Below the pieces are notes generated by a model. The model worked only from the letters and a program-made list of their open reading frames with translations, had not been told where the DNA came from and did no database searches. Shown piece after piece: positions 36,534 through 49,390 of a stretch of DNA of 60,000 nucleotides. Both the position numbers and the translations under genes were made by a program. Origin of the DNA: Lytechinus pictus (taxonomy: Eukaryota); NCBI RefSeq assembly GCF_037042905.1, contig NC_087245.1, forward strand, positions 5,148,001 through 5,208,000, given 5' to 3'. Each line of letters begins with the position of its first letter. Position 1 is the first letter of the stretch.

Positions 36534-36631
36534 AGTGACGACATAATTGGCAAACGGCGAAAAACTCTAGACAAAGGACCTACATGTACCGGAAGGTTCT
36601 AGCAGTGGAGCTGAAGGAACTGAGGATTGAG
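36534..36631 (+). other. Candidate internal exon (98 nt; 5' UTR or first coding exon MYRKVLAVELKELRIE)
   Basis: Branch-like ctaat plus tttgtgtcttacag acceptor, purine-rich body, gag|gtattc donor; ATG at 36584 is open to the donor (phase 0). Confidence 0.35.
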
Positions 36632-37856
36632 GTATTCCATAATAAAAGTATTTTACATTCTAATATGGTAATAACCTGTTGGGATGGGAATTGACTAACG
36701 ACAGACATTGGTTGAATTCGGCAATTTCCTAAGGCTTTTATCAGCTTATCCTAAAACCATTGGCAATATTCCCGCCCACAGTATCCGTTCAGGGCTAAAT
36801 TTCGTTATAGCAAGTAAACCGTATAGGAGTATGGTTAAATGAGGGTAATGCAGGGGCGAGAGACGAAGCGAAAGATGAAGAGAGAGAGAGAGAGAGGAGG
36901 GGAAGGAGAAAGAGTGGGGGAGATTGACAATGGTACCTTTTTCGTCATCACGTACTGGCGTAGGAGAGATTAAATAAAGTAGAGGGTAATTTTAATCTAA
37001 TGTACTTCGGGAAATGTAATTTCATTTAAAGTAAATTCTCGTAGAAGGATATAAGACCTACATAGTTTTAGGAAATATTATTTACAATACCTGAACAAGT
37101 TGAATACAAACTCTGAATTTTGATGATGATTCAAAATATTGCAGTCTATACTTGGAATTCAATTAGTCCAGAATGACCGCATGTTAGTCGGATTCAAAGG
37201 CCCGTGTCTGATTCTCATGAATTAATAAAACGACGTTTTGATATATCACGTTGTCATTATATTAATCCTTAGATCTGATCCATTCAGTATTACACCGGAC
37301 CTCGTTAATGGTAATTTTTCTTATCCGGAACGGCGCCAACTGACAGATTTCCAGATTAATGTGACCGGGAAATTTAAACAGTGTGACATATAAAACAAAC
37401 TTGATTTAACAAGTGAATCGTATGGTAAAGGTTAGATGAGAGGAAAAAATCCTAACTTGTTGAAGATAAACATCTGCACCATGAATCCCTGTTGCAGAAT
37501 TGAGGAAATAACAGCAGTACAATGATGAACCTTCAATGGACAATAACTATGTATATTTGTGTATATTTGTAATAATCATCCACTAACTGGTTTACATCCT
37601 GGAAAGTTCATGGAATGTTCTACAAAATAAACTAATAGATGGTGCATTTTCCTGGTTGGTAGTCATATCAGTTGTTCCATGCAGAATCAGTTCATTTTCA
37701 AAATGGTGAAATCACTAAGTAGTATGCCTATTCTTCTTGGTATTGTGCCACAATTGTGATTTTCCTTCAACATATTTTCTCCTTTTGTCTCAACATTACT
37801 CAGACGTACAAGTTTGAAATGTTAGATGTTAGTTATTATCTTAAACGGATATATTT

Positions 37857-38215
37857 AGTTTGTATCCACATGGTCTACTGGTAGATGGTCTAATGCTCAG
37901 ACTGTCTAACACCATCATGGTAAAATCCTCTTGGTCTACTATCAATTTTGGTCCAAACATAACTTTTTCTAATACTCGGTCTAATTTTCAAAATAAATTG
38001 TAGTTCATTAACAGTTCATCTAATCGTATAGACTAAGTGGTGTTAGACCAAGTTGATATTAAACAAATGAATACAGCCTGACTGGAATCAAGACAAAATG
38101 ATAATTGATTAGACCAAATGGTTAATAGTTAAACTAATGAACAATTATTAAACTAGTTGTGATGAGACTAAACGGAAAGTACACAAAAAGGATGTAGACT
38201 AAGTGTCAATTTCCC
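37857..38215. mobile_element. Decayed MULE/foldback-type element with inverted minisatellite arms
   Basis: Left half repeats ggtcta, right half repeats tagac(c/t)aa; flanks gatatattt / aatatattt (9-bp TSD, one mismatch). Confidence 0.55.
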
Positions 38216-38635
38216 AATATATTTTGTTTGATCATGTGTTTGGACAATGGACGAAAACTATTCATGTGAATTGAAGATGAATAGTAAATACATGTACCAA
38301 AAGGGGTCAATTTTTTCAGGTTCACTGATTAAAAGATCACCCAGGGCTTCTCATTATTGTCTTCTCTATTGCAAATATGTATTTTTACTCAATTATGGTT
38401 GTATTTTGATTTATACAAAATATTACAACTAATTTTCAAGGGAGGATAGAATATAGGTAGTTTCAACCTTTTTATTTTTAGTTCTTCTGCAGAATACTTG
38501 ACTTAACTTTTCTGAGAAATATTTTATAGTAATGAGTAGGAAATACAAGAGGATGACAGGCGATTTCGTCCTCATGACAACCCAAATCGCCCCTAAAACT
38601 CCCCAAAATTTTCCCCAAAATGCATGCTTCGAGAA

Positions 38636-38850
38636 GGCGCAAATAGCTCAGTCGGTAGAGCGGGGGTTTCGGATTCCGTTGGCCTGGGTTCGATTCCCAC
38701 TTGGTGCGCTAGTGCCCTTTGGTATTAAAAAAAGACATTAATCCTCATTACCAGGTCCTTCGGAGAGGACCTTAAGTCGTTGGTCCTCTGGTTGCTTGCT
38801 TACAAGCATTTATGCTTTCTTAGCAATCGGGTAAAAAAAATCACCACCAT
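38636..38850 (+). mobile_element. tRNA-derived SINE, second family
   Basis: A box TAGCTCAGTCGG (38644), B box GGTTCGATTCC (38687), followed by ccaggtccttcggagaggaccttaagtcgttggtcc (reminiscent of a Deu/Nin-type central domain) and an A-rich end. Confidence 0.82.
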
Positions 38851-39064
38851 TTGACTATTCTTACTAGATCTCGGACATAGGCATATTCTCGTATTCACTG
38901 CGAAAATTACTTCTTTCATTTACCGAACAAGTTTTGTTCATGCGACTAAATTCAATGTATATATTTGTTCATTGAAAAATAATTTCAGATAATGGTTAAA
39001 ACCCGGTTTTTATAAATGGAACCTTTCGTTCCTACGTGACGCAGAATTGAGGATATTACGTATA

Positions 39065-39299
39065 CACTCTAAAAAGATAATGCGTAAAAGTGAAGCAGTG
39101 CTCTATGAGGGTAATTATGTGTCCAACCAACATTGGGCATTTTATTTATCCAGAGTGATGAAAATTTTGCCCATTCTAAAGTAATTGCTGCTTATTTTTA
39201 ACCTGACTGACAATATGCTTCCCGCATTGGGTAAAATACTGGTTGGACACCTAATTATCCCCGTGGTGGTAAAAAAATTTACCCAATATTTTTACAGTG
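39065..39299. mobile_element. CACTA/EnSpm-like MITE, copy 1 of a family also at 54660
   Basis: ta|cactctaaaaa ... tttttacagtg|ta; interior shared with 54660-54909. Confidence 0.8.
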
Positions 39300-39323
39300 T
39301 ATAAAGTGCAGGGTCGATGAAGA

Positions 39324-39478
39324 GGTTCCATGGCATTTGTCCCGATGGAAAATCTACACGTTAAGCCAAACATAAAACCTTACCTGCAAAACTAAAGAAA
39401 CCCTAATCCTTATCTTCACATTATTCTGAACCAAAAAACTATTAAAATCCTAAGAACGGAGCTAAATGTCGTGTCACC
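39324..39478. mobile_element. 155-bp MULE/Merlin-like MITE
   Basis: Exact 8-bp TSD gatgaaga (39316-39323 and 39479-39486); imperfect TIRs ggttccatggcatttg / taaatgtcgtgtcacc. Confidence 0.65.
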
Positions 39479-40765
39479 GATGAAGAACATTTGTTTAGAG
39501 AATGGGGTCAATTTGTGCAGCTGCTTTTTGTCAGTTACCATCATCTTATTGATGTTAAATGAAAGCAATGTGTAATGAACCTACATATTTCTGTGTCCAT
39601 TACGATAAGGAGGGGGTACATACTTTGTGTACCTTATGTTGCATTTAGCACAGTAGGCATGCTGGAAACTTCAAAGGCATCTACCCTTAGTTGAAAAATT
39701 GTTGCTAACATTTATAGTATCTATATAGTTCACCCACCACGTTTGCTCATTTGAACGAACGGTTGATTGAGTCTATAATCTCGCCGGGATTAAACTATTT
39801 GGATCACTACTCGGTATTAAAAAAATATTTACTGTTATATCTCAATTGATATATCCAAATCAGTATAGCAAATCAAAATCATGTGACATTTATTGATCGC
39901 GTTCTGGCCATCCATGGAAGAAATTTTATATTCACGAAAATCATCTTCAGACAGAACAAAAGGTGCCCGTAATATATATTTCATAGAAGACGATGAACAT
40001 TTGCTTGACTGATGTCTGCCCTATAGACATGGATTTCTCCTTCTTTGAAGACTTTCTTTTAGACATTCTTTTAGACATGCAAATTATATGTCTGTTTCCT
40101 TTTAACTTAGATATTTGAAAGAGAGAAAGAGAACATGATTTTGTTTAGAATTTCCGAGAACAACAAAAATTGCGTTTTCCAAGTATGATTGTGTGTGTAT
40201 GCAACCAAATTATGTAATTGGGAAGCCTAAATAATATATTCATCATGGGCATAACCTGTCGTTCACATCTATTGTTTCTAGTAAATGAATGGTCTCTTAT
40301 CTTATCAAGTTCATTTTCGTACGTTCTGAAGTCTGAAACTTTCATTTCGTACATACACATTTTGCAAATATTATATTCATGATGTAGAATAATACTTAAA
40401 TATCTTCTTGTTCGAGTAACCACGGTAACCATATTGGTTACCGTGGTAACCAATTTCAGGCTCATTTCAGGTGAGAATGTATGTGAATGACAACGACATT
40501 GTGCGAATTCTTATCAAATTGTATTTACCCAATAATATTACTCAACGATATCTGTTTTAGTGATGAAAACAAATTTATTGATACTTTTGTTTTCATGTTT
40601 TAACCTAAAGATTAAGGAAAGGCTACTAGAAGTAACATATCAGATGAATTTCTTGTGATGCGAAAGGTTCCTATAGTCATTTCTAATTGTTGCCATCATG
40701 TAAATTCCCTTACAGGAAAAAACTTGTACATTGCATACGTAACGCCACTGATAATGGTGTGGGGG

Positions 40766-42279
40766 AAAAATACGTGATCGTGTGAAAGAAATTTACTCAC
40801 GTTCACTCATCCTAAAGTACATGATGAATTGCTCTTTAGAAATTTAAGATAGGTTAAGCTCTGTAAAAGAGATTAAGAAAGAAAAAACCCACATAAACAT
40901 GTATATAATACCCTGGCCCTGTCCGCTGAATTCTAGCATAACAAAATGTCTGCTAAAGTGCTTGAATTTGACAGTTCTTGTTCAGATGCTGTAACTTTGT
41001 ATTACATTCTTATTCCCAGATAGAACACACTGGTATGAAGATGCAGGAGCGCGGGCGCCATGGTTATCAAAAAGTTTCACGAACATCAAAAGAACAAAAC
41101 AAAGGAAAATCAAAAGGGGGAAATGTCATTTCATGCATGAAAAGTGCATACTTAGTGTGTCAAAATATATTACAAAATAAGATTTTAGAATAAAAACGTC
41201 ATAATTTTTGCTCCATACACCCATTGTCTAGCCCCCTTAATTTTTGGCTCATTTACGCCAGTGGTGGAATCAGTCCAGCATTATCAACTGCAGAAATCTC
41301 TTTTTTTTCCTGAAAGTATATTGATATGATTTTATAGCAATATTTCTGAAACTTCGCACCCATTTGCTTTCGTAATAATCTTCCAGCGTTCGCTGCGTTT
41401 TAAAAACTCGCAACTGCAGCAGCTTTTTCTCTCAAAATCACACTTCCTTGGCAACAGGTGAAGGGGTAAGTTGACGGCTGCTGGGGCCCCACGTGCCCCT
41501 TTGGCGAAGTAATTCGAAAACAATACATGATCGGATGAAAGAAAAATACTCACGTTCACTCATCCTAAAGTACATGATGAATTGCTCTCTAGAAATTGAA
41601 GATAGGTTAAGCTCAGTAATATAGATTAAGAGGAAAATAACACTATAAAGATGTATGTAGCACTGTGACCCTGTCCGCTGAATTCTAGCATAATAAAAAA
41701 TGTCTGCAAAAGTGCTTGAATTTGACAGTTTTTGCTCCCATGTTGTAACTTTATATTACATTCTTATTCCCGATAGAAAACACTGGCGTAAAGATGGGGA
41801 AGTGTGGGCGCCATGGCTATCCAAAAGTTTAACAAACATCATAAGAAGAAAGAAAAAGACATTTTAAAGGGGGAAATATGTCATTTCACGCATGAATAGT
41901 GTAATAATATTAGTACGTCAAAATATATTACAAAATTAGATTTTAGAATGAAACAAGTCATACATTTTGCTCCATACACCCAATGTCTAGCCCCCTTATT
42001 TTTTTCTCATTTACGCCAATGATGGAATAAGACCAGCATTATCAACAGCAGAAATCTCTCTTTTTTCCTGGGAGTATTTGATATGCTTTTACAGCAATAT
42101 TCTGAAAATTCGCACCATTTTTGGTTTCGTAATAATCTTCCAGTGCGTTTTACAAACTCGCAATTGCAATATCTAGGATTGGCCAGTAGGGCCCCAAAGG
42201 TAATCCTGTCTTCGTTGGCGTTACTGGTGAAAGGGGGAGGGGCGGCTACTGGGCCCCACGCGCCCCTTGGCTAAGTAAT
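40766..42279. repeat. Two-copy ~753-bp tandem duplication, each copy containing an old hAT-type MITE
   Basis: tactcacgttcactcatcctaaagtacatgatgaattgctct at 40794 and 41547; shared end gggccccacg.gcccc..tggc.aagtaat; cactgg..ttacgcca(g/a)tg MITEs at 41028-41263 and 41781-42021. Confidence 0.9.
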
Positions 42280-45200
42280 GTCAAGATTAGGACTATATTT
42301 CCCCTTGCTCAAATCTGTCCTGTTCTTCATGTAGTTGCTCATTATCAAGTCAAAGACATGCTAGAGACACAGATCTAAACTCGAATACTTAAGTGAAAAA
42401 ACCTCTCCCGAGTTTTTGTAATGGGTATAAATTTGACTGCGTAGGTGTAGAAAGATAAATGGTTTACGGAGTTGACGAGGGAAAGATTAAGTTAGGGATA
42501 AAAAAGAATTACATTACTCTTTTAATGTACAGCTTTCCATTTTTCAAACGTTGCAGTTCAGGCATTTATTCATCTTGTGTCTTATAAAACATCCGACCCA
42601 TTTCTCTAGTAATAGCAGGCAGAAATGTATGTAGCTTTCATTGTCAAGTAGGACATGGTTTTTGGTTTTGAATAATTAGTAATTTGGTTTACTTCAAATG
42701 TTGCAAAATAATTACAAATTTTTTAAATACAAATTTTTCATGAAAATATTTTCTTTTAGTCAAATGTATAGTATAGTATAGTATTTATTTTCCGTATAAA
42801 ACACACACAAAAAAAATCAAAACGGATGGATAGCCCATATTCAGTTCATGGGGTCCATGAAGTTCATACTGCAATCATGAGTTTTAACAAAGTTACGATA
42901 GATGGTATTCAGGTACTAACTAGAGGAAAAACGATGTTCACTACAGACTTACGCAAATAGTTGTTATTCTTTCACTCTGGCCATTATATATTATACATTT
43001 GGCACTTAGAAACCAATGCATTACACTCATGGCCTTATGCAGTGGAGAAGGTGGGGGGTTCGATGGGTATGCTGCCCCGGAAATTTTGAAAAGCAAATTT
43101 AACCATAAGTGTGCAAGAAATCTTAAATTTCACTTTAGTAGATGAAAAACAAAAAAGCACCATGATATACATGACAAGCTAGGTCGCTTCGCTCTATTGC
43201 ATTCGTATTTTCCCGAAAATATTATTGTGTCTTGCCCTCCAGGAAAAAAAATGCGTACGGTCATCTTTACACCCGCGTACACACCCGCTCCCACGCACCC
43301 TTCACCCCCACACACCTGTATACACGCTTGTCCACTTACCTACCCGCTCCCTCTCTCACACCTTAAACAAGCTCTCAATGTGTATTTATAGTGCAACAAT
43401 AACCTAAGGCCAGCCGAATCCTGTGAAAGACATTAAAAAGATAACACTCCCTCAGTGCTATCACAACAGTGTAGCAATAACCTTTTCCCTCTTGCAACTT
43501 AGAGATAAATAGCTTTTGAGTAAGTGTTCCCTTAGCCAGCATCGATTGGTCGTACGTCGTCATCAACAAAGGGTGTGCGCTGGCATCCTCAATAGTCACG
43601 GTTGACCAGTAGTGAGCCCATGGGGCCTCGAGACTGACACATACGTTGCACTACTAACATGTTGCTAATAGACGTCGGTACTTATTTCGATTCGACGGGC
43701 AAGGCTCGGAAAGCTCTTATAATTCGTCCGAAATGTACGATTTAGCTTATTTAAAGTAACGTAAACATTTCAAATAAATTGCATTTGCTGGCGAAAACGA
43801 CCACACTTTAAAGAGAATCAAGCAAAATGATTACCAAGTGTTTGTGCCCAAAGATTCTGGTTAATCTGGTAAAAATGAGTCATATGGCATTTTTAAAAAG
43901 GAGTAGACGGATTCTTTATTCAACATGATTAAAACACAAAATTACATTTTTTGTGTAAACTTGGATAGATTTCACTATTTTACGTTTGGCTTGCCTTTTT
44001 AATCAGAACTCCTCGATAAATTTGTAATCCATTTTTAAATGACTGTGACTTCTCGAATTTTACTTTAATCTGGAACAACTCGTTTCTGATGACGAATCAC
44101 GAAAGGGTGAAACGAAAAAGTTTTGATGTCAGTGCTAATATTTTTTACAGGAACAGGAGAAGCGCTGAATAGTATATGATTTGCTTAGAGACGTTGTTCC
44201 AATGTATAAATCTCGACATTTAGGAACTGTAATAAATTACATTTCAATGAAATATGTTCATATCAGCGTTAGATAACCCGAGAATATTAGTCAATGAATA
44301 ACATCTGCTCCTCATCACTTTAGAAAGAGGTGCATCAACTGCAATACTTTTGAACAGCGATGTCAATGATTACAGTCCGAACGATATGTTACTTGATTTT
44401 ATATTTCAGGCTTTCTCGTTAACGAAAATGTTTAGCTTTTTACGGTATAAATTCGACTCCATATTAGCATGACCGGTAGATTGTAGGTATTTAGTTGAAA
44501 GAATGTCCCTACGATAGAATAAGTAAAACAAAAAAAACAGGCTCCTTCCTCTAATTCAATCTTCAGTCTTTTACTAATTCTTAATTGAGCATCTAAGTTT
44601 AAACGCGATGGGGGTTACTTTTTTATTGTTAAAGAAGGTCATCTACGTCAATGTTTCACTCTTCCCAATCTCTTACCTCGAGCTAATAATTCAACCGTGT
44701 ACATTTTCGCTTTGAAGTAGCCGGGCCGCCTGGTGGTTTTAGGGGTGTGTTTCTTTAATATTAACAGTGAGTGTCTTCGTTAATGTCATTCCATGATATG
44801 AGTACTGAAATGCATACATGTGCCAGGTGACAGAGATTTTGTTAACAATTTTTTTTTACTGTGGGAAGTCCCATATTGTCCCCGTTTGCTTAATCAGCAA
44901 CAGGCTACCTTCGATTAATACCTTTTCTAGTTCTTTGAAGAGCATTAAGGTTCCAAATTTGTGACAATGGAGTGCCCAAGGTTTTAATTATATTTCCTTA
45001 CTGTCATGAGTAATAATCCTTATGATAAGTGAAATATTAAGATTCATATTCTATTCAATTCGTTCACTGAATGCTTGTTCTGCTTACACTAATACTATCT
45101 CTAAGAAACGAAGTCGATATATTGACAGATTAACAAAAAGTAGTTTGAAGGTACCGATGATATTTTCTGTCAAAAAACCCAAAACAATGTGGAAAAGATG

Positions 45201-46216
45201 GAATCCTTATTGAAAAAGAATGCACCAAATGATGATTTTCATTTTATTTTTCGCCTTACTTTTCTTCCCTATTTAAAAGCTTGGATTTTTTAATCCATTT
45301 TTTTTTTCAAATCAGATAAAATGAAGTTTTATTCATTCCGCTGTCACGATCTAATTTTAGTTGATTAACTTACTTTTTTGCGATTATTATTCCGTTGAAG
45401 CTTTCATATTGATACCAAGTACCTTTGCTCATACCACCAGACCATCAAGAAGTGTGTAGGTGGATCCAAATATAAGTCAACAAAAGATGGATGTGAAAGA
45501 GTGACATTTTACCAACGACTAGACAGGGAGAGGGAATCCCGAAAGTAAACATGATAAACTTGTAATGATTCCACACATGATCACCGCCGGAATATAAAAA
45601 AATATTAATATCAGGTTAATGCGTCGTCTTTCGTCTTTGGATATTCTGTAGGGATTGCCATTCTGGCGGTCGTACGAATAGGGACAAAGTGTTTTCTATT
45701 TTATACGAAGCATTTTGTAATCAACAGTTTCCAGCATTGTGGCGTAACTGTGCACACTTTCAACCCTCTTACCTTCACTGGAAGAAACCCAGCTTTGCAA
45801 AATAATCTAGTATGCCCAAATAATTAACGCTTTACAAATAATGGATGATTTTGTAAGGTACAGACACGAGATAAAAAAAGCTTGTAAGCATGTTAAGAGC
45901 TGGCATATTATTAAGTCTTTTAATGAGCAATTAAGTCATACCATGTCTACAGCCCTTTCTCTCAACTCACATAGGTCAGGTTATACCTTTTGCGTAACAG
46001 TGTTTGTTTTTAAAACCCTCTAGTCAGAGGTAAGGAAGGGAGGTAACAAAGCTCATTCCCTAAATTCCTTAAATTGGATTCCTTTCAAACAATCGTAGAT
46101 TAATTTGTGAACTCTTATAGTCAAGTTTCGTATCTTGTTTTTATTTGTGTGCCTCATTGTTTCGTTGACTTTTGCTTGATTTTCGATGTCTTGACTTATT
46201 TTTTAAGTTGAATTAC

Positions 46217-47571
46217 ACCGTGTTTACACAGTGAATCGGCTCTGGGGTTCGACACGCGAGCCGTACTCAACGCGGCAATTTAATGCTGTGTAAACGCGAA
46301 CATTGGGCTCCGCGAGCCGTGTCGAACACGGCTTTTTGATCCGCCAAAATCGTAGGTTTCAACCCGCGAGCCGAGTCAGATTCGCCTATTTTTTGTGCGT
46401 GTAAACAGAAAGCCGTGTCGAACCCGCATGACCTAGATCAAACACGGCATATCTGTGTCCCTGCCTTTGCTCGGTATTAATAGGTAAAAAGATTCCTTTT
46501 AGGGGTCGTAAAATTCTGTTGTAGCTCAAAAGATTGTCTGTATGGTATATATATATTTTTATGATCCTTGCATAACTTATTCTTCGTCATTTCTCCAAAG
46601 TTGATAATGCGGAGAGCTCTAACTAGGGTTCCCAGTCCATCAGGGAAATCAGGAAAAATTATTTTACCTTTTTCCAGTCAGGGAAAATCAGGGAATTTAA
46701 TGAAGATAAAAACTCAAATCAGGGGAAAATTTCTCAAATGAGGGAAAAGCACGGTAGTCAGACTCTGTTATATTTTGTTGCATATCAAAACAACATCCAT
46801 TGAATGACTTGTTATGGCGGTACGAATTAGTTTTACATTATTGTTTTTTATACTGAAAATACATGTAATTCACTGCAAAAAACCGGGAATGGGTTTAAAT
46901 AATTATCAGGGAATTTTTAAACTTCATCAGTGAATTTTGTTTTCTTGAAAAGCTGGGAACCCTGTCAAACTCTAAGGTCAGTGACATCGATTCACAGCCA
47001 CCAACAAAGAGTGAGTAAACTTGTCTTATTAAATTAGATTAGATTAAAGAGACATAGATGTAGCCTGCATGTATAATGTGAATCGATTTGAAACGGCATT
47101 ATTTTATCTATTGGCATTCCATAGGCTACTGAACTCTTGCAATTTTTTGTTTTATAATCGAAACTGAAGAGCTATGTTAATTTGTTTAATGTTGTAAAGG
47201 TAATTCTGCCTGTGGTAGAACAGAATCTGATGAGGACCCTGTCATATTTAAGTTTCAGTTGATTGCAACTTGACTTGTGATTGATAGAAATTGTTATATG
47301 TTATTCAGTCCAACTCTTACGTAGAATGTATTTGAAACAGATGAAAAACTACACCCCCAAATTCCTGAAATCTACAGCTTAATTCCAAAAGGGCTTAGAT
47401 TTGTTAAATCCTATGTATTGGAGTAAAAAGTTGCTTCTTCATGATGGAGTCCATGCTGACACTATTCAACACAATGTCGAACTCGCCTTTTTTGTTTCAT
47501 TATAAACGCGATCACATTGCCGTGTTGAGCATGGCTCTCGTGTCGAACCCCCGAGCCGAGTCACAGTGTAA
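46217..47571. mobile_element. TIR element (Harbinger-like) with nested hAT-like MITE
   Basis: ~55-bp inverted ends tttacacagtgaatcggctctggggttcgacacgcgagccgtactcaacgcggcaat / attgccgtgttgagcatggctctcgtgtcgaacccccgagccgagtcacagtgtaaa; right tip truncated by a LINE tail. Confidence 0.7.
46624..46964. mobile_element. hAT-like MITE
   Basis: tagggttcccag ... ctgggaaccctg termini; internal tcagggaaa repeats; TSD not cleanly preserved. Confidence 0.65.
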
Positions 47572-47935
47572 ATTTATTTATTTATTTATTCACGTTTTCT
47601 TTAAAAGACAGGGTAGTCCCATTCAAGCCAAAAGGCCTGCTTTACAAGGGAGCCCTGTCAAAGTGTACATACATGATAAATATAACAAATACAGAAATAA
47701 AACAGTGAATGAAAATGAATAAAACAACGCTTTTCATAGAAAAAAATCATAAATGAAAAGAGTATAAAATAACGAAAATAATATATAAACACAAGGACAA
47801 AGCATGATGGGCAAGTACAAGTAACGAAAAAAGAACATTATAAGACAATGGTTATTATGGTTACATAGAAAATCTGTTCAAAGGGTCTGGTTTTGCCTAA
47901 GGCGTCTTTTGAAGATTTGGAGGGAATGTGTCAGT
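47572..47935 (-). mobile_element. LINE 3' end (last ORF2 codons, 3' UTR, (TAAA)n tail)
   Basis: Minus strand THSLQIFKRRLRQ (~47930-47895), stem-loop cagggctccc..ctaccctg and aataaataaataaa tail at 47572-47590. Confidence 0.55.
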
Positions 47936-48442
47936 TACTTTTTTGTTTCATTGCTAAGGTGAGATTTCGTCAATTATATTTATTTCTTACTTGAATGTTC
48001 GTCAATTAATTCTTACGTTGGTTCTTTGCGTGTTTAAAATGTATAGTGTATCATGTGTTTTTTCCCCAGTTCAGTTGAGTCTATCCTTTGTCACGCACTT
48101 TTTATATGTATTTCCATGCACAGGGCGTGATCAGCATAATAACATATAACTATAAGTGAAACAACATTCGCAGTACTTCATTATGTGTAGTCGCACAGGT
48201 GTCAGTGTCTTGTGTTGAAATCGATCTTTAACCTAATTGTAATTAATTGCTTAAATTATTTATCCCATTTGCTCAATATTAAATTACGATAGAGCGCCTC
48301 CACCCTTGCCTTGTTGGTTCATTAACCTTTCGATTTTTTTTCTTAAGTGCAATTCAAAGAAGCAATTACAAATTCGGAAAGTTAGCAGCTGGAATTTGAA
48401 TTTATATCGTGAAAAAGAAAACCCTTTCGAATCCAAATACTT

Positions 48443-49390
48443 ATTGTCTCGCCCACCAGATGTGAAGGCGAGACTTAGGGATCCAAATGTCGTCCGTCCG
48501 TCACCAACCTAATGACACAAAACTCCACAACCGTAAGTCGCTTTTCAACCAAACTTGGATGGTAGATGAACTTGGGGGACCTGCATATTATGCTGCAGTC
48601 GGAGGTCACATGGTAAGGTCAAAAGTCATTTTCATGTGAACGTTAAAGTTTACATGCAAGACTCTCTTATGACACCTATCTCCGCAACCGTAAGTCACTT
48701 TTCATTTTTTCAACCAAACTTGGATGGTAGATGGACTTGGGGGACCTGCATCTTATGCTGCAGTCGGAGGTCACAGAGTAAGGTCAAAGGCCATTTTCAG
48801 GTCAACGTTAAAGTTTACATGCAAGACTCTTATGACACCTAACTCCGCAACCGTTGGTCACTTTTCAACCAAACTTGGATGGTAGATGGACTTGGGGGAC
48901 CTGCATCTTATGCTGCAGTCGGAGGTCACAGAGTAAGGTCAAAGGCCATTTTCAGGTCAACGTTAAAGTTTACATGCAAGACTCTTATGACACCTAACTC
49001 CGCAACCGTTGGTCACTTTTCAACCAAACTTGGATGGTAGATGGACTTGGGGGACCTGCATCTTATGCTGCAGTCGGAGGTCACATGGTAAGGTCAAAGG
49101 TCATTTTCAGGTCAACGTTAAAGTTTACATGCCATACTCTCTTATGACACCTAACTCCGCAACCGTAAGTCACTTTTCCACTAAACTTGGATGGTAGATG
49201 GACTGGGGGGACCTGCATGTTGTGCTGCAGTCGGAGGTCACATGATAAGGACAAAGGTCATTTTCAGGTCAACATTAAAGTTTACGTGCAATGCTCTTAT
49301 GACAAGTGTTATTCCATCCCAGTCATTTCACAATGAAGTTTCGATACAATTCTGTTGCGTGCCCTCGCAAATCACGAGTGGGCTGAGGAA
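48443..49390 (+). mobile_element. HINE-type element with 5 copies of a ~155-bp repeat
   Basis: 5' hairpin gtctcgcc..ggcgagac, (gtcc)n, unit anchor caaccaaacttggatggtagatg at 48546, 48711, 48866, 49021 and ~49178; 3' end degenerate. Confidence 0.8.

Noticed and set aside
38636..38710. tRNA gene
   Set aside because: Anticodon stem does not pair; followed by a SINE central domain.
46227..46260. V(D)J-type RSS (CACAGTG heptamer) in TIR
   Set aside because: No nonamer at 12 or 23 bp spacing, and the heptamer is internal to a Harbinger-like TIR.
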